Assembly (NCBI GenBank): GCA_964248365.1
Contig: CAXTYC010000003.1
Coordinates: 96,001-160,000 of the forward strand
Source: an uncultured Chroococcidiopsis sp.
GTDB lineage: Bacteria; Cyanobacteriota; Cyanobacteriia; Cyanobacteriales; Chroococcidiopsidaceae
Reading direction: 5' to 3'
Length of the DNA: 64,000 bases
The position numbers and the translations under genes are program-made. The notes under the pieces are model-generated. The model searched no databases and was not told the DNA's origin. It saw only the letters and a program-made list of their open reading frames with translations. Shown here piece after piece: positions 30,691 to 42,576 of this stretch (its first letter is position 1; every line of letters starts with the position of its first letter).

Positions 30691-31111
30691 CTTCTAACAC
30701 AAACAAGTCTAGTGGTAAATAACCGTAAGTGCCGTTAATTGATTCATCGAGTGAAGATTGGCAGGATACCAATACTCCCCGATACGTACCTGTGTAGCAA
30801 TCGAGATAATATTTTTGGTTCTGACCGTTAAATTTTATGTAAACTGCACTCTCACTAGAAGTAATATCAGAATTGATGGTTACTTCATCGCCTAAAGCCT
30901 TGAGATAGGATTGCAAAGCTGATAACCCTTGGGCTGCCGTATCAGCGCAAATGCCAAGATTATGGTAATCTGACAAGCTTGTAAGTAGTAATAGCGCCTG
31001 AGCAATTAGAGCTTTTTGGGGTTCTGGTTCTACCTTTGCTTCAACACAACCGAAAGACTCAAGCAACGAGCGCGCTGATTCGACAGTAAGATTATTTAAA
31101 GATGTAGACAT
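30668..31111 (-). CDS. DUF1824-family protein
   Basis: SDYHNLGICAD, VYIKFNG, YTGTYRGVLVSCQS, GTYGYLPLDLF; ATG at 31111. Confidence 0.82.
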   Translation of the reverse strand: MSTSLNNLTVESARSLLESFGCVEAKVEPEPQKALIAQALLLLTSLSDYHNLGICADTAAQGLSALQSYLKALGDEVTINSDITSSESAVYIKFNGQNQKYYLDCYTGTYRGVLVSCQSSLDESINGTYGYLPLDLFVLEEGLGARG

Positions 31112-31139
31112 GAATGTTGAGGTGACACCAATAACTTTC

Positions 31140-31464
31140 CTAATCTTTATGGTAAAGCGACGATTTGTATAGGATTTGTTCTTGATGAGTGTATAGTGTG
31201 CAGTCTGATAGCGGGTAAGCCACACAAGTAACAGTATAGCCTGCTTCTATTTCCCCCTGCCGAAGAAACTTTTGCTCACTTTGATCTACTTGTCCACTTA
31301 CCAGTTTAGCTACACATACAGAACAATCGCCCCTGCGACATCTTTGCAGGTAAGCGGATACCAGCCATCTGAGCCATGTCAAGAATATACTGATTATCTG
31401 GTACTACAATGGTCTGATCGAGAGCGATCGCGTAATTGACTAATCGGACTTTATAATCTGCCAT
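31140..31464 (-). pseudogene. plant-type 2Fe-2S ferredoxin with +1 frameshift (pseudogene or sequence error)
   Basis: ATG 31464 MADYKVRLV...[14 protein letters not shown] then a shift near 31343-31345 into CRRGDCSVC...[11 protein letters not shown]; total length 325 nt = 3n+1. Confidence 0.8.
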
Positions 31465-31857
31465 CGGTGGAGCATCTGATGATTACTTTTATTTAACCAA
31501 AACCGGATAATCAGCCTCATACAATAGCATATCAATCTTTAGTGAGCTACCCTAGTAGCATCGCAATTTTCCTCAATTCTTATCTATTAAGTGTGTTGTT
31601 TGACACTGACTGTTCTGGTCAAATTTAAAGTTTAGGTAAATTTTCCCTGGTGTGTTGCCAATCTATGTATATACTATCTTAATTTGGGTATAATAAATTC
31701 TGTTTACTTAAATTACGGGTGCAGGTTACTGCCAATTTACGTTAGAAATTACCTTTTATGACGAAGCTACCTAGCTATGTATTTACCGATATAGCTGATA
31801 GACTTCGACCAAGATTAACTTTCAAGCTAGGCAGTAATACATTGTTTTAGATTATTC

Positions 31858-32949
31858 ATGAAAATTGCTCTAGTCCATGATTACTTGACCCAAAGAGGTG
31901 GTGCGGAGCGGGTTTTTGAGCTGCTTTGCCAACGTTACCCCGATGCTGACATCTTTACTTCTATATATGAGCCTGAGCTAACAATTGATCTAGGGCAGCG
32001 TTCGGTTCACACTACAGGGCTGCAAAAAATTCCGCTTGCCGGAAAATATTTCCGAATGCTGGCTCCTTTGTACTTTCCTGCTTTTCGCTCCTTAAATCTG
32101 GAAAATTATGATTTGATTATTAGCAGTAGCAGCAGCTTTGCTAAGGCAGTGAAAAAAAGAAAAGGAGCGCAGCACATTTGCTTTTGCCACAATATCACTC
32201 GTTTTTTGTGGGATACTAATACCTATTTAAGAGAGTATGGAGATTATCGGTATTTTTATCCTTTAATTGAAACAGTTTTTCAAAAAATGCGTAGTGTGGA
32301 CTTAGCGTATGCTCAGGAACCTGATCTTTACATTGCTAATTCTAGTATTGTAGCACGGCGAATTAAAAAATATTATGGTAAGCAGGCAATTGTAATTAAC
32401 TATCCAATTAATTCTAATAATTTTACATATTCAAATCAAAAAGAAAACTACTATTTAGTATCAGCTCGCCTCATCAGCTACAAACGTATTGATATAATTG
32501 TAGAAGCTTTTAATTGGTTAGGATTGCCCTTATTGATAATAGGCGATGGTCCAGAGCGCGAACGTTTAGAGTCAAGAGCATTGAAAAACATTAAATTTTT
32601 GGGACACGTAAGTGACTCAGAACGCAGTTATTTAATGTCAAAAGCTGGTTCTGTAGTAGTTGCTGCTCTAGAAGACTATGGTTTAGTTCCCATTGAAGCG
32701 AACGCCAGTGGAACACCAGTAATTGCCTATGGTGCAGGTGGAGTCTTGGACACGCAAATACCAGGTCATACGGGAGTATTTTTTAACAAGCAAACGCCGG
32801 ATGCTTTACAATCGGCGCTACTTACTGCCAAAGAGATTTCATGGGATTATGGCAAAATTCGTCATCATGCGCTAAGCCATTTTTCCGAAGAAGCATTTTT
32901 TGGCAAGGTTGAGCAAGTGATTTCGGCAAAAGTTAGTAGCATTACTTAA
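31858..32949 (+). CDS. GT4 glycosyltransferase
   Basis: MKIALVHDYLTQRGGAERV, EDYGLVPIEANASGTPVIA. Confidence 0.92.
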   Translation: MKIALVHDYLTQRGGAERVFELLCQRYPDADIFTSIYEPELTIDLGQRSVHTTGLQKIPLAGKYFRMLAPLYFPAFRSLNLENYDLIISSSSSFAKAVKKRKGAQHICFCHNITRFLWDTNTYLREYGDYRYFYPLIETVFQKMRSVDLAYAQEPDLYIANSSIVARRIKKYYGKQAIVINYPINSNNFTYSNQKENYYLVSARLISYKRIDIIVEAFNWLGLPLLIIGDGPERERLESRALKNIKFLGHVSDSERSYLMSKAGSVVVAALEDYGLVPIEANASGTPVIAYGAGGVLDTQIPGHTGVFFNKQTPDALQSALLTAKEISWDYGKIRHHALSHFSEEAFFGKVEQVISAKVSSIT

Positions 32950-32984
32950 ATTATAAATCAGATCTCAGATTGGAGCAGCATCGC

Positions 32985-35213
32985 ATGGCTAGAGTGAATG
33001 AAAGTAATTTACCAGTAAACACTGAAACAGATGCAGGTTACGGACAACTGTTCTCAGTTTTAATGCGCCGACGCTTTTGGCTGCTAGGTGTTTTAGGAAG
33101 TGTGTTAACAGTTGCGACTATCTTTACTTTGGTTTCAAAGCCAACTTATCAAAGTCAGATGCAGCTGCTGATAGAACCTAACTATCAGGGTAAAAGAGAT
33201 GTAGATGCGCAGCGCCCAAGCCAGCAATATGCTGAATCTAGTGTCAAGATAGATGACTATGCTACTCAAATTAACGTCATGCGTAGTACTTTACTGCTCC
33301 AAAGAGCAGCAGACATTCTGCGTCCTGAGTATCCAAATATTACTGTCAAAGAAATTAAAGCTAATCTGAAACTAAGACAAGTATTGGAAGAAAAAATCAA
33401 TACAAAAATTGTTGAAGCGACTTATACAGCTAACGATCCGATTAAAGCTGAAAAAGTTTTAGAGGCTATTCATAGAGTTTATCAAATTTATAACCGCGAA
33501 CAGCAACAGCAGCGTTTGCAAAAGGGTCTAAAATTTATCAATGAGCAAATTCCACAGGTAAGTAAAACAGTCGATCAAGCTGAGAATAAGCTAGAACAGT
33601 TTCGCAAAAACAATAACTTAATTGATCCAGAACAACAGGCAAACTCGATTAGCCAGTCTTTAAATGCTATAGCACAAGAGCGACAAGTAATTCGCGCTCA
33701 ATACAAAGATTTGCAGGCTCGCTACAGTGCTGTACAAAAGCAGCTTGCTCGTTCTCCACAACAGGCTTTAGTTGCTTCTCGTTTAAGTCAGTCTTCCCGC
33801 TACCAAACTTTACTCAATGAGTTGCAAAGAACAGAACTGGCTCTATCGCAACGACGGATAGTGTTTACAGACGAAGATCCTACTGTAAAGAAGTTGCAAG
33901 AACAACGTCAGAGATTGGTGGATTTGTTGAAATCAGAAGGTGGACGAGTTGTAGGCGCACAGCTAGCTCAAAGCGAGGGTACAGGAGATAACCTTCTTAA
34001 GGAAGGGCAGTTCGGTGGAATTGACCTGAATTTGACTAATCAACTAGTAGATGTACAAACAAATATCAATGCTTTGAGTGCTAGAGATAAAAGTTTGGAA
34101 CAGACACAAAAGGATTTGCGTAACGATCTCAATCGCTTCCCTGTCCTGCTGGCTGAGTACAATCGTTTATTACCCGTTGTGCAAATTAACCGAAACAAGC
34201 TACAGCAACTAATACAAGCACAACAGGAATTAAGTCTAGAAATTGCCAGAGGTGGATTTGATTGGCAAGCTTTAGAAGAACCACGACTAGGGCAGCAGGT
34301 AGGTCCCAATCTCAAGCTTAACTTGTTGTTAGGTTTAGTAGCGGGTTTATTGCTCGGTGGTCTTGCTGCCTTTTTACGTGAAGCCGTTGATGACTCTGTA
34401 TTTAGCTCTGAGGAATTGGAGAAGCAGGTCGAGCTACCCTTGCTAGGAATGACTCCAGAGTTACCGAAAAGCAAGGTAACAAAGCCGCAAATCAGTCTAC
34501 CTTTTGGCAAACCGCAATTACTCGCACCTTGGACGGTGCAAGTCAGTAATTGGCCACCAACTTGGGAATCTCTGGATTTAATTTATAGAAATATTCAATT
34601 GATGAATGAATTAGCTTCATTCAAATCTTTGACGATCACCTCAGCGGTGGCTGGTGAGGGTAAGTCAACGCTGGCTCTGGGTTTAGCTTTGAGTGCTGCC
34701 CGTTTACATCAGCGGGTTCTATTGATTGATGCCGATTTGCGCCGCCCCAATTTGCATCAAATGCTCAACTTGCCAAATGAGCAAGGGCTTTCTACTTTTC
34801 TTAGCAGTGATGCTATGCCAGGTCATAGTATTGTCCAATCATCTGGGGCTTTCATCGATATTTTGACCGCTGGACCTGTGGCTTCTGACCCAGCTCATAT
34901 GTTAAGTTGCCAACGGATGCGGGAATTAATGGCAGAGTTTGAGAAAGATTACGACCTGATCCTGCTCGATGCTCCGCCAGTTTTGGGTATGGTAGATGCG
35001 ATGATTTGTGCTTCATTCTGTACAGGTGTGGTGCTGGTTTCTCGCATTGGTCAAGTAACGAAAACAGAACTGGCACAGGCTACAGCTATGCTAAGGAAGT
35101 TAAACGTGATTGGAGTCGTAGCCAATGGAGGAGGCGGCGTTAGTCGTAGCTATGCCCACGCAGACACGAAGCGCGAAGAAGGGGTTGTACTTAATAAGGT
35201 GTGGGGGAACTAG
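32985..35213 (+). CDS. wzc: Wzc/GumC polysaccharide co-polymerase tyrosine autokinase
   Basis: Two TMs flanking a coiled-coil; TSAVAGEGKST, LLIDADLRRP, LLDAPP. Confidence 0.9.
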   Translation: MARVNESNLPVNTETDAGYGQLFSVLMRRRFWLLGVLGSVLTVATIFTLVSKPTYQSQMQLLIEPNYQGKRDVDAQRPSQQYAESSVKIDDYATQINVMRSTLLLQRAADILRPEYPNITVKEIKANLKLRQVLEEKINTKIVEATYTANDPIKAEKVLEAIHRVYQIYNREQQQQRLQKGLKFINEQIPQVSKTVDQAENKLEQFRKNNNLIDPEQQANSISQSLNAIAQERQVIRAQYKDLQARYSAVQKQLARSPQQALVASRLSQSSRYQTLLNELQRTELALSQRRIVFTDEDPTVKKLQEQRQRLVDLLKSEGGRVVGAQLAQSEGTGDNLLKEGQFGGIDLNLTNQLVDVQTNINALSARDKSLEQTQKDLRNDLNRFPVLLAEYNRLLPVVQINRNKLQQLIQAQQELSLEIARGGFDWQALEEPRLGQQVGPNLKLNLLLGLVAGLLLGGLAAFLREAVDDSVFSSEELEKQVELPLLGMTPELPKSKVTKPQISLPFGKPQLLAPWTVQVSNWPPTWESLDLIYRNIQLMNELASFKSLTITSAVAGEGKSTLALGLALSAARLHQRVLLIDADLRRPNLHQMLNLPNEQGLSTFLSSDAMPGHSIVQSSGAFIDILTAGPVASDPAHMLSCQRMRELMAEFEKDYDLILLDAPPVLGMVDAMICASFCTGVVLVSRIGQVTKTELAQATAMLRKLNVIGVVANGGGGVSRSYAHADTKREEGVVLNKVWGN

Positions 35214-35313
35214 ACAGTTACCAGTGACCAGTTATCAGTTACCACAAAGCGAGATAGTGCAGGTGCAGGGAATTTTCAATTTGCGAAGGGAAGCGCTGGG
35301 GAGAAAATTTTTA

Positions 35314-35334
35314 GGTGGGCAATGCCCACCCTAC
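35314..35334 (-). repeat. REP-like repeat (GTAGGGTGGGCATTGCCCACC, reverse)
   Basis: ggtgggcaatgcccaccctac. Confidence 0.8.
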
Positions 35335-35373
35335 TAGCCCCTGGTTCCTCTAGCCCCTAGCCTCTAAACATAT

Positions 35374-36525
35374 ATGAAAATTCTGTTTTTAGACCAGAGT
35401 GGCAAACCAGGAGGTGCAGAACTGTGTCTATTAGATATTGCCAAACCTTACCGCGATCGCTCTCTTGTTTGCCTATTTGCCGATGGTGACTTTAAAGATT
35501 TACTCCAACAACACCAGATACCTGTACAGGTTCTAGCTTCTAGGCTAGGGCAAATCCGTAAAGAAAGCGGCTTTGTCCAGGGTTTAAGCAGCTTGGGTAG
35601 TATTATACCACTTATTGCCCAAGTTGCGGGGCTAGCCCCCAGCTACGATCTGATCTATGCCAATACGCAAAAAGCTCTGGTTGTAGGAGCGATCGCATCT
35701 CTGTTGTGCCGCCGTCCTTTGGTATATCACTTACATGATATTCTCTCAACTGAACACTTCAGCTCGACCAACTTGCGGCTAGCAGTGACGCTGGCTAATC
35801 TTGCCTCATTGGTAATTGCCAATTCCAAGGCAAGTCAAGCTGCCTTTCTAGCAGCAGGGGGAAATCCCTTGCTAGTAAATGTAGTTTACAACGGATTTGA
35901 ACCAGAGCTATATCAACATCAGTTTGAGCCACACCAAATCAAACAGCAACTAGGACTCGATGGCAAGTTTGTAGTCGGACACTTTAGCCGACTTTCTCCC
36001 TGGAAAGGACAGCACATTTTACTCGAAGCACTTACCCACACTCCCCCCGATGTGTCAGCAATTTTAGTAGGTGATGCCCTGTTCGGAGAACAGGATTACG
36101 TGCAGTATTTACACCAGCAAGTTACTGCCCTGGGATTAGATAAGCGAGTCCAGTTTTTAGGATTTCGTTCAGACGTTGTGCGATTGATGGCAGCCTGCGA
36201 CTTGGTGGCACATACTTCAACAGCAGCGGAACCTTTCGGGCGCGTAATTGTCGAAGCAATGTTATGCGGTCGTCCCATTGTTGCCGCCAGCGCTGGGGGT
36301 GGGATCGAATTAGTAGAGACACAGAAAACAGGCTGGTTAGTACCGCCTGGGGATGCCTTGCAACTAGCAGCAGTGATTAATACTTGTCACCAACAGCCCC
36401 AGTTATGCCAGTCTATTGGCACTCAAGGAAGAATTATAGCAAGTCAACGCTTCGATTTGTCAACTATTAATCAGCAGATTGCTCAATTGCTCGGTCAGCT
36501 AGAGGGGCTAGGGGCTAGGGGCTAG
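35374..36525 (+). CDS. GT4 glycosyltransferase
   Basis: GGAE, FSRLSPWKGQ, EPFGRVIVEAM. Confidence 0.92.
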   Translation: MKILFLDQSGKPGGAELCLLDIAKPYRDRSLVCLFADGDFKDLLQQHQIPVQVLASRLGQIRKESGFVQGLSSLGSIIPLIAQVAGLAPSYDLIYANTQKALVVGAIASLLCRRPLVYHLHDILSTEHFSSTNLRLAVTLANLASLVIANSKASQAAFLAAGGNPLLVNVVYNGFEPELYQHQFEPHQIKQQLGLDGKFVVGHFSRLSPWKGQHILLEALTHTPPDVSAILVGDALFGEQDYVQYLHQQVTALGLDKRVQFLGFRSDVVRLMAACDLVAHTSTAAEPFGRVIVEAMLCGRPIVAASAGGGIELVETQKTGWLVPPGDALQLAAVINTCHQQPQLCQSIGTQGRIIASQRFDLSTINQQIAQLLGQLEGLGARG

Positions 36526-36617
36526 AGGAACCAGAGGAACCAGAGGCTAGTAAATATAATATATTTATCTCCCCTGATTCCCCCTCTCCTGTCTCCTGTC
36601 TCCTGACTTCTGACTTC

Positions 36618-39419
36618 TCACCTCCTCACCTCCTCACCCGTTAAGTGATCGAGGGCTTCTAGTAATTCTTGTTTGTTGTAGGGTTTAGAAAAATAGGCTG
36701 TTGCTCCTAAATTCAGGGCTAGCTGGCGCTCTTTGTCTCCACTGCGGGAAGTTAGCATCACAATAGGCAACTGTTTGAAAGCTGGGTTCGATTTGACTCT
36801 GGCTAGGAAACCATAACCATCCAAGCGAGGCATATCAACATCACAAATTACAGCAGTCAGCGGTATTCCACTCATGAGTTTTTCTAGAGCATCTTGACCG
36901 TCTTTAGCTTGTTCGACTCGATATCCAGCTTTTTCTAAGGTCAATGACAAGAAGCGGCGGACATTAATTGAGTCATCTACCAATAGGATGGTTTTTTGGC
37001 TGGACTGAGCAGATTGGTGTCGATCTTCTGGCTCTAAAGTAGGTGGTTGCTGACTACTAGCAATCCAATGGAGTAATTCTGGGGGATTTACCAAAGGAAC
37101 AACTCGACCATCTCCGAGAATTGTACAGCCTGTGAAGCCTGGAGGCATGGGGATTGTTCCTTCTACGGCACGAATGGCGACTTCTTGTTCACCCCAGCAG
37201 CGATCTACTTGCAAGCCTACCCATTCCCTACCGTGAGAGATCAGCAAAACGGTAGGTACACCCATCAGCGGTGTAGCTTCAGTTTCGGCTGACAGTTGGG
37301 GACAGCGAAACTTGAGCCAATCACTCAAATAAATTATCGGTACTAGATATTCTTGCCACCGCAGGACTGCTTTACCGTCAATCGTTGATATTTGTTCTCG
37401 ATTGAGCAATAGCATTTCTTCGATCGCCGTGCTAGGAAAAGCTAGTAGCATTCCCTTACTCTCAACTAGTAGCACTCGCGCTATGGATAAAGTGAGAGGA
37501 ACGCTGATCGTAAAAGTTGTCCCCATTCCAGGCTGAGTTTCAACTTTGATGTCACCGCGAATTTGTCTGAGATTGGTTCTCACCACATCCATACCGACAC
37601 CGCGACCGGATAAAGCGGTAACTTGCTCGGCGGTGCTAAAACCAGGCTCAAAAATCAGACTTAAAATTTCTTCATCACTAGCAGCTGCGATCGCCTCTGC
37701 ATCTAGCCCCAGTTGATGCGCGCGCGATCGCACTTTATCCAGTGAAATTCCCCGCCCATCATCCCTAAAAGTAATCAAAGTTTGATTACCTCGATAGACG
37801 GCTTTAATTTCGATCAATCCCTGTTCTGGTTTACCACAAGCACGGCGAGTTTGGGGATCTTCAATGCCATGATCGAAGGCATTGCGTAACAAATGCATCA
37901 AGGGGTCGCCCAGTGCGTCTAATATACCGCGATCGACTAAAGTATCCCCACCTTGAACTTTTAATTCTACATTTTTACCATACTGTAAAGCTAGTTCACG
38001 CAATGCTCTGGGAAATCGCCCGACTCCTTCTGAAAAAGGGCGCATCCGCAGCTGGCTGATACAACTTTGCATCTGCTTGGCTGTGCGGTTGAGATCGCCG
38101 ACAATTTGATCGGTTTCTTGCAGGCAAAGATCGATGTCTTCTGTAACTTCTTGCAACTGAACAATATTTGCCATTATTTCCGATGACGAGTCGGATTCAT
38201 TCTGATTGCTGTCAGATTTGTTAGCATTTGGCTGGGGCGAGATTGGCGCTTGCTGGTGATGGGGTTGGCTGTCAGGTGAAAATGCTACATCTGACAGAAG
38301 TTTCGCCGATTGCGATCCCGTTGATGGTTTGGCAGGCTTTTGATAGGCAGTAGTGCGGCGGCGGGTGTAGGTTTGTTGGAGCGATCGCACCTTACGCTCT
38401 AGAATTTTGACTGAATTACGTATTCGTTCTAGTTGTAAATCCAGTCCACTGCGCTCAATGGTTAATTCTCCGAATAAATCATTTAGTTCTTCCAATTGCT
38501 TGAGGGGAACGCGCACTGTATTTTCCTGTTCTTTCACATCAGGAATAGGTGCATCTGGTTTGAATCCTGACACCGATGGTGTCAGCTGTGCTGTAGAAGA
38601 ATTAATAACTGGCTGGTTGGCATTTGTGGCTACAACAGAGATTTCATCGGACTTGGAGTGATCTAATTCGAGATCATTGGGAATTGTATCACTTTGCCCA
38701 ATTAACACAGCCGCTTGCGATCGCCGCCACGCCTGCCTAGCTGCTTGTGCAATTTCTTCTGTTTGTTCTGGCGTTGCTTCTAAGTGTTTCTTTACCGATA
38801 GACACAAACTGTTAAAAGCACTCAGTTGAAGCATTTCCCCCAAATCGCTCAAATCTTGGGCTATCTCTGACACTTGTGCTGATAAGCCAGACTTATCTGG
38901 ATTTGCCAAAGCCGCTTCTAGCTGTTGTAAATATGCTTCCACCTCAGTTTCAAACAGCATTTTCTCCATGTCTAGCCCTTGGGGTAACAGTTGTGTTACT
39001 GTTTCCTCCTGCTGATGGTCGCCTAGACGCTGATACAACTGCTCAAACACTGGCTTGATATGACTTGCTTGCCATTGCTCTTCGACAACTGGGGTTTGAC
39101 GATTCACAGCTACCACTTGGCGCAAACAGTCAACTGCCGATAGTAGTAAACTTTCTGCCCCAGCATCTACTGCCTGCGGGTTGGTTTTAATTACTTTGAA
39201 AAAGTTTTCCAGACGATGAGCCAAATCACTCAAAGTCTGAAATCCCATCACCGCCGCCCCACCTTTGATTGAATGGGCTGCTCTCAATATTGCATCCATT
39301 TTTTGCCGCTCAATTCCAGCAGCGCTAATTCCTAGTAAATTTTCTTCAATTGTATTTAAATGATCCTGAGCTTCTTCTAAAAACTGGATCTGGATTTCAA
39401 GTTCTTTATCCTGGGGCAT
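36618..39419 (-). CDS. cheA: hybrid CheA histidine kinase/response regulator (PixL-like)
   Basis: HPt AHSIKG, HLLRNAFDHGIE, DDGRG, SGRGVGMDVV, CheW domain, C-terminal REC. Confidence 0.95.
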   Translation of the reverse strand: MPQDKELEIQIQFLEEAQDHLNTIEENLLGISAAGIERQKMDAILRAAHSIKGGAAVMGFQTLSDLAHRLENFFKVIKTNPQAVDAGAESLLLSAVDCLRQVVAVNRQTPVVEEQWQASHIKPVFEQLYQRLGDHQQEETVTQLLPQGLDMEKMLFETEVEAYLQQLEAALANPDKSGLSAQVSEIAQDLSDLGEMLQLSAFNSLCLSVKKHLEATPEQTEEIAQAARQAWRRSQAAVLIGQSDTIPNDLELDHSKSDEISVVATNANQPVINSSTAQLTPSVSGFKPDAPIPDVKEQENTVRVPLKQLEELNDLFGELTIERSGLDLQLERIRNSVKILERKVRSLQQTYTRRRTTAYQKPAKPSTGSQSAKLLSDVAFSPDSQPHHQQAPISPQPNANKSDSNQNESDSSSEIMANIVQLQEVTEDIDLCLQETDQIVGDLNRTAKQMQSCISQLRMRPFSEGVGRFPRALRELALQYGKNVELKVQGGDTLVDRGILDALGDPLMHLLRNAFDHGIEDPQTRRACGKPEQGLIEIKAVYRGNQTLITFRDDGRGISLDKVRSRAHQLGLDAEAIAAASDEEILSLIFEPGFSTAEQVTALSGRGVGMDVVRTNLRQIRGDIKVETQPGMGTTFTISVPLTLSIARVLLVESKGMLLAFPSTAIEEMLLLNREQISTIDGKAVLRWQEYLVPIIYLSDWLKFRCPQLSAETEATPLMGVPTVLLISHGREWVGLQVDRCWGEQEVAIRAVEGTIPMPPGFTGCTILGDGRVVPLVNPPELLHWIASSQQPPTLEPEDRHQSAQSSQKTILLVDDSINVRRFLSLTLEKAGYRVEQAKDGQDALEKLMSGIPLTAVICDVDMPRLDGYGFLARVKSNPAFKQLPIVMLTSRSGDKERQLALNLGATAYFSKPYNKQELLEALDHLTGEEVRR

Positions 39420-39602
39420 AGTTCGTCAGGGGTTGAAGATTTTTTGTGATGACCGCAGGGGGAGAGCGGGAGAGGGGGAGCAAAGGAAGGATAAAGGTTA
39501 AAGGATGAAGGATAAAGGTTAAATTGCCTACTTCAGACTTTAGACTTCACACTTCATACTTTTCTCGCCTAAGCGCCTAAGCGCCCCCCACCCCTTTTAC
39601 CT

Positions 39603-42506
39603 TTAATCGTTTTCTCCTACTTTAAAAGTACCTACTGACACTTGCAGTTGTTGTGCTGTCTCTACAGTGCGTTGTAGAGAATTAGAGATTTGGCGAGAAT
39701 ATTCCGAAGTGCCTTCCGAAACATCAGCAATTTCTTTCATCAAAAGGGTTACAGCTTGGGCAGTTTGAGCTTGAGATACTGTTGCACTGGAAATTGATTT
39801 TACCAGTTGATAAATTTGATGAGACTCTTGTAAAATTTGCTCTAAACTCTGCTTAGAATCTTCCACAAAATTAGCGCCTTCAATTACCTGGATATTTCCC
39901 AGTTCCATTGCTTGCACTACTTTACCCGTTTCTTGCTGAATATTTTCGACAATTTGTTCAATTTCTTTAGTCGCGTCGGCTGACTTAGAAGCAAGTTGAC
40001 CAATTTCTTCTGCTACGACTGTAAAGCCTCGACCTGCTTCCCCAGCCCTCGAAGCTTCGATGCTGGCGTTGATGGCTAATACGTTTGTTTGTAGGGCAAT
40101 TTGGTTAATTAATGAAACAACTTTAGTTATTTGTTGAGTAGATGTGCCTAATAGCTTCACTTGACTGGCAGCTTCTGTGACTGTATCCCGTAAATTCAAG
40201 ATATTTTCAACAGTGTGATCCATTGCCAACCCACCAGCTTCAGCCGTAGTAAAGGCAGTGCGGGCTACTTCTGCCGCTCTGTTTGCACTAGCTGCTACTG
40301 CTTGAATCGAAAGCGTCATTTGCTCTACTGAATCTAGAGTGTGGTTAATTTCTTGAGCTTGTTTAAGCGCTTCGTCAGCTAATTCACGAATTGCTCCAGC
40401 ATTTTCCCCGACAGAAATGTTGACTTGTCCAGCAGCTTTTTTTACAGAAGTAACAAGTTGTCTGAGATTTTCAATGATAGTATTAAAAAAGTCAGCAATT
40501 GTGCCGATTTCTCCTGCTGTCACTGTTGCCCTGACAGTTAAATCACCACTTGCTGCACCTTCAATTTGAGACAGTAGTTCTACTAGTCGGTACTGTAAAA
40601 GTTCTTTTTGTTGCCGTTGTTCTTGAGACATTACTTCGGCTTGTTGACGAGCGAGTTCTACTTGTTCAAGCAGACTAGCTTGGTCTAGGGCAAAGCCAAT
40701 TTGAGTTGCTAATTGAGTAAATAAATCGATTTCTGTTTGCAACCAAACTCGCCCTTTTGAGCATTGATGGGCAATGAGTAAGCCTAGCAATTCGTTATCT
40801 TTGATAATTGGGGCAACTATTTTTGCTTTGACTTCAAATTGTTCTAGTTGTTTGACGTGACAAGCCGATAGTCCAGCTTGGTAAATATTATCGATCGCTC
40901 TTACTCTTCCCTCACGATATTGTTGACCATAGCCTTCTCGAAAGCAAGAGTCATCTATCTGGCGCTCTAAAGTTTGTGTCCAGCCAGATGCCACAGATTC
41001 AGCTAATATCTTTCCCTTCCAGTTAGCATCAAAGCCATAAACTACCACTCTCTCTGTTTTCAAAACTCTTCGGATCTCTTTAACTGCGGTATTGAGAATA
41101 TCTTTGAAGTTGAGAGACTGACGAATGCGTAAGGTAATATCGGCAAATAAATTCGCTCGTTCTGCAACATCCTGTTGTTGTTCGAGTTGAGCTTGTAATC
41201 TCTCTGCCATTGAGTTGATATTCGTTCCCAAAATCGCTAATTCATCGTCCCCTGACACAGCAATGCGGGTGTCTAGTTGTCCTTGCCCCAGTTTTCGTAC
41301 TGCCTTGGAAGCATTGACAATCGGACGCAAACTGCGGTTAACTAAAATAGCTGCGATCGCGGAGGCAATTAATACTGTTGCTCCCGTCACAGCCCCAACA
41401 GTCCATAGCGCCCATCTTAGTCCGGCAAATACCTCATCTTTCGGTTGAGCAACTATCACCCCCCAGTTCGGTTGAGTTGCGCCCTCAAGTTGTCTCAGGG
41501 AAGCGTAGGATAACAGGTACTCATGTTTCTCCTGTCGATCAAAATCCACTACACTCCCCAGGGAAGATGCTGCTTGCAATCGAGCTGCCGCCTGGGGAAA
41601 AATGGTTTTAACATCTTTACCTAAATATTCGGGGTGAGGTGGTGGGGCAATAAAAATTTTCCCCTGATTGTTGAATGCAAAGTATTCTTCAGTACCCAAG
41701 CCTTTGATGTTCTTGCCAATTTCTTGAGCTTGGTTATACAATATTTGATTAAGATGTTTAACTGGAGTACGCGATCGCACTACTCCTATTGTTTCTCCTG
41801 TTTCTGGATTTTTTACCGGAGCAGCAGCAAATATAGAATAATCCCCACTAGCAAGTGATTTTCTGGGTGAGGTAATTACGGGGCGATCGGACTTGAGCGC
41901 TGCTTGAAAATAGTCTATTTTACTATAGTTGGTAATTACTTGCCCTGAAGATTGTGCAACGACATTGCCGTTCAGGTCGAGCAAAACAATACTGTCATAG
42001 CCTTGACCATTTTTAATGTATTGATCTAGTATTGCTTGCTTTTGGCTATCTGGTGTCACCCTTCCCACTTGCGAGTTATTGAAAATACTTAATTGGGCTA
42101 GAGTTTGAATATCCTGATAACGCCCTAGGACAAAACGCTCTAGCTGGTTGGATAAGGAAACAGCCCGCGTTTGTTGTTGTTGAGTTATATTTTGGGTAAT
42201 ATTTTTATTGGTTAGGTAATAGGCGATCCCTCCTAATACTAAAATTGGAATTGTCGTCAGAGCGATCGCGCTAGCGAGTGCCTTAATTCTTAAGCTTCGT
42301 CCTATCCCCCACAAGGGGCGACGTGTTAACACAGGATTGCTCTTAACCGCTTTTGATGACCCAGCTGATGTTAATTTAGACTTTGTAGTACCTAAACTCT
42401 TATCCTTAGTATTTTTATTTTTATAATTCACACCAGTTTTGCTATCTGCTCCTGCATCCAGGCGGGGTTTCCCTGTCTTTGATTCGCGCTTAGATCGTGT
42501 ATTCAT
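39603..42506 (-). CDS. methyl-accepting chemotaxis photoreceptor (dCache-HAMP-cyanobacteriochrome GAF-MCP), PixJ-like
   Basis: Two TMs around a Cache-like domain; GAF with DSCF and CH motifs; [32 protein letters not shown]. Confidence 0.9.
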   Translation of the reverse strand: MNTRSKRESKTGKPRLDAGADSKTGVNYKNKNTKDKSLGTTKSKLTSAGSSKAVKSNPVLTRRPLWGIGRSLRIKALASAIALTTIPILVLGGIAYYLTNKNITQNITQQQQTRAVSLSNQLERFVLGRYQDIQTLAQLSIFNNSQVGRVTPDSQKQAILDQYIKNGQGYDSIVLLDLNGNVVAQSSGQVITNYSKIDYFQAALKSDRPVITSPRKSLASGDYSIFAAAPVKNPETGETIGVVRSRTPVKHLNQILYNQAQEIGKNIKGLGTEEYFAFNNQGKIFIAPPPHPEYLGKDVKTIFPQAAARLQAASSLGSVVDFDRQEKHEYLLSYASLRQLEGATQPNWGVIVAQPKDEVFAGLRWALWTVGAVTGATVLIASAIAAILVNRSLRPIVNASKAVRKLGQGQLDTRIAVSGDDELAILGTNINSMAERLQAQLEQQQDVAERANLFADITLRIRQSLNFKDILNTAVKEIRRVLKTERVVVYGFDANWKGKILAESVASGWTQTLERQIDDSCFREGYGQQYREGRVRAIDNIYQAGLSACHVKQLEQFEVKAKIVAPIIKDNELLGLLIAHQCSKGRVWLQTEIDLFTQLATQIGFALDQASLLEQVELARQQAEVMSQEQRQQKELLQYRLVELLSQIEGAASGDLTVRATVTAGEIGTIADFFNTIIENLRQLVTSVKKAAGQVNISVGENAGAIRELADEALKQAQEINHTLDSVEQMTLSIQAVAASANRAAEVARTAFTTAEAGGLAMDHTVENILNLRDTVTEAASQVKLLGTSTQQITKVVSLINQIALQTNVLAINASIEASRAGEAGRGFTVVAEEIGQLASKSADATKEIEQIVENIQQETGKVVQAMELGNIQVIEGANFVEDSKQSLEQILQESHQIYQLVKSISSATVSQAQTAQAVTLLMKEIADVSEGTSEYSRQISNSLQRTVETAQQLQVSVGTFKVGEND

Positions 42507-42576
42507 ATTAGCGTCTCCAAGTAAGACCAAAATAGCTAAATATTAATAAACTTAAATATTCATTTCAACATCAAAC

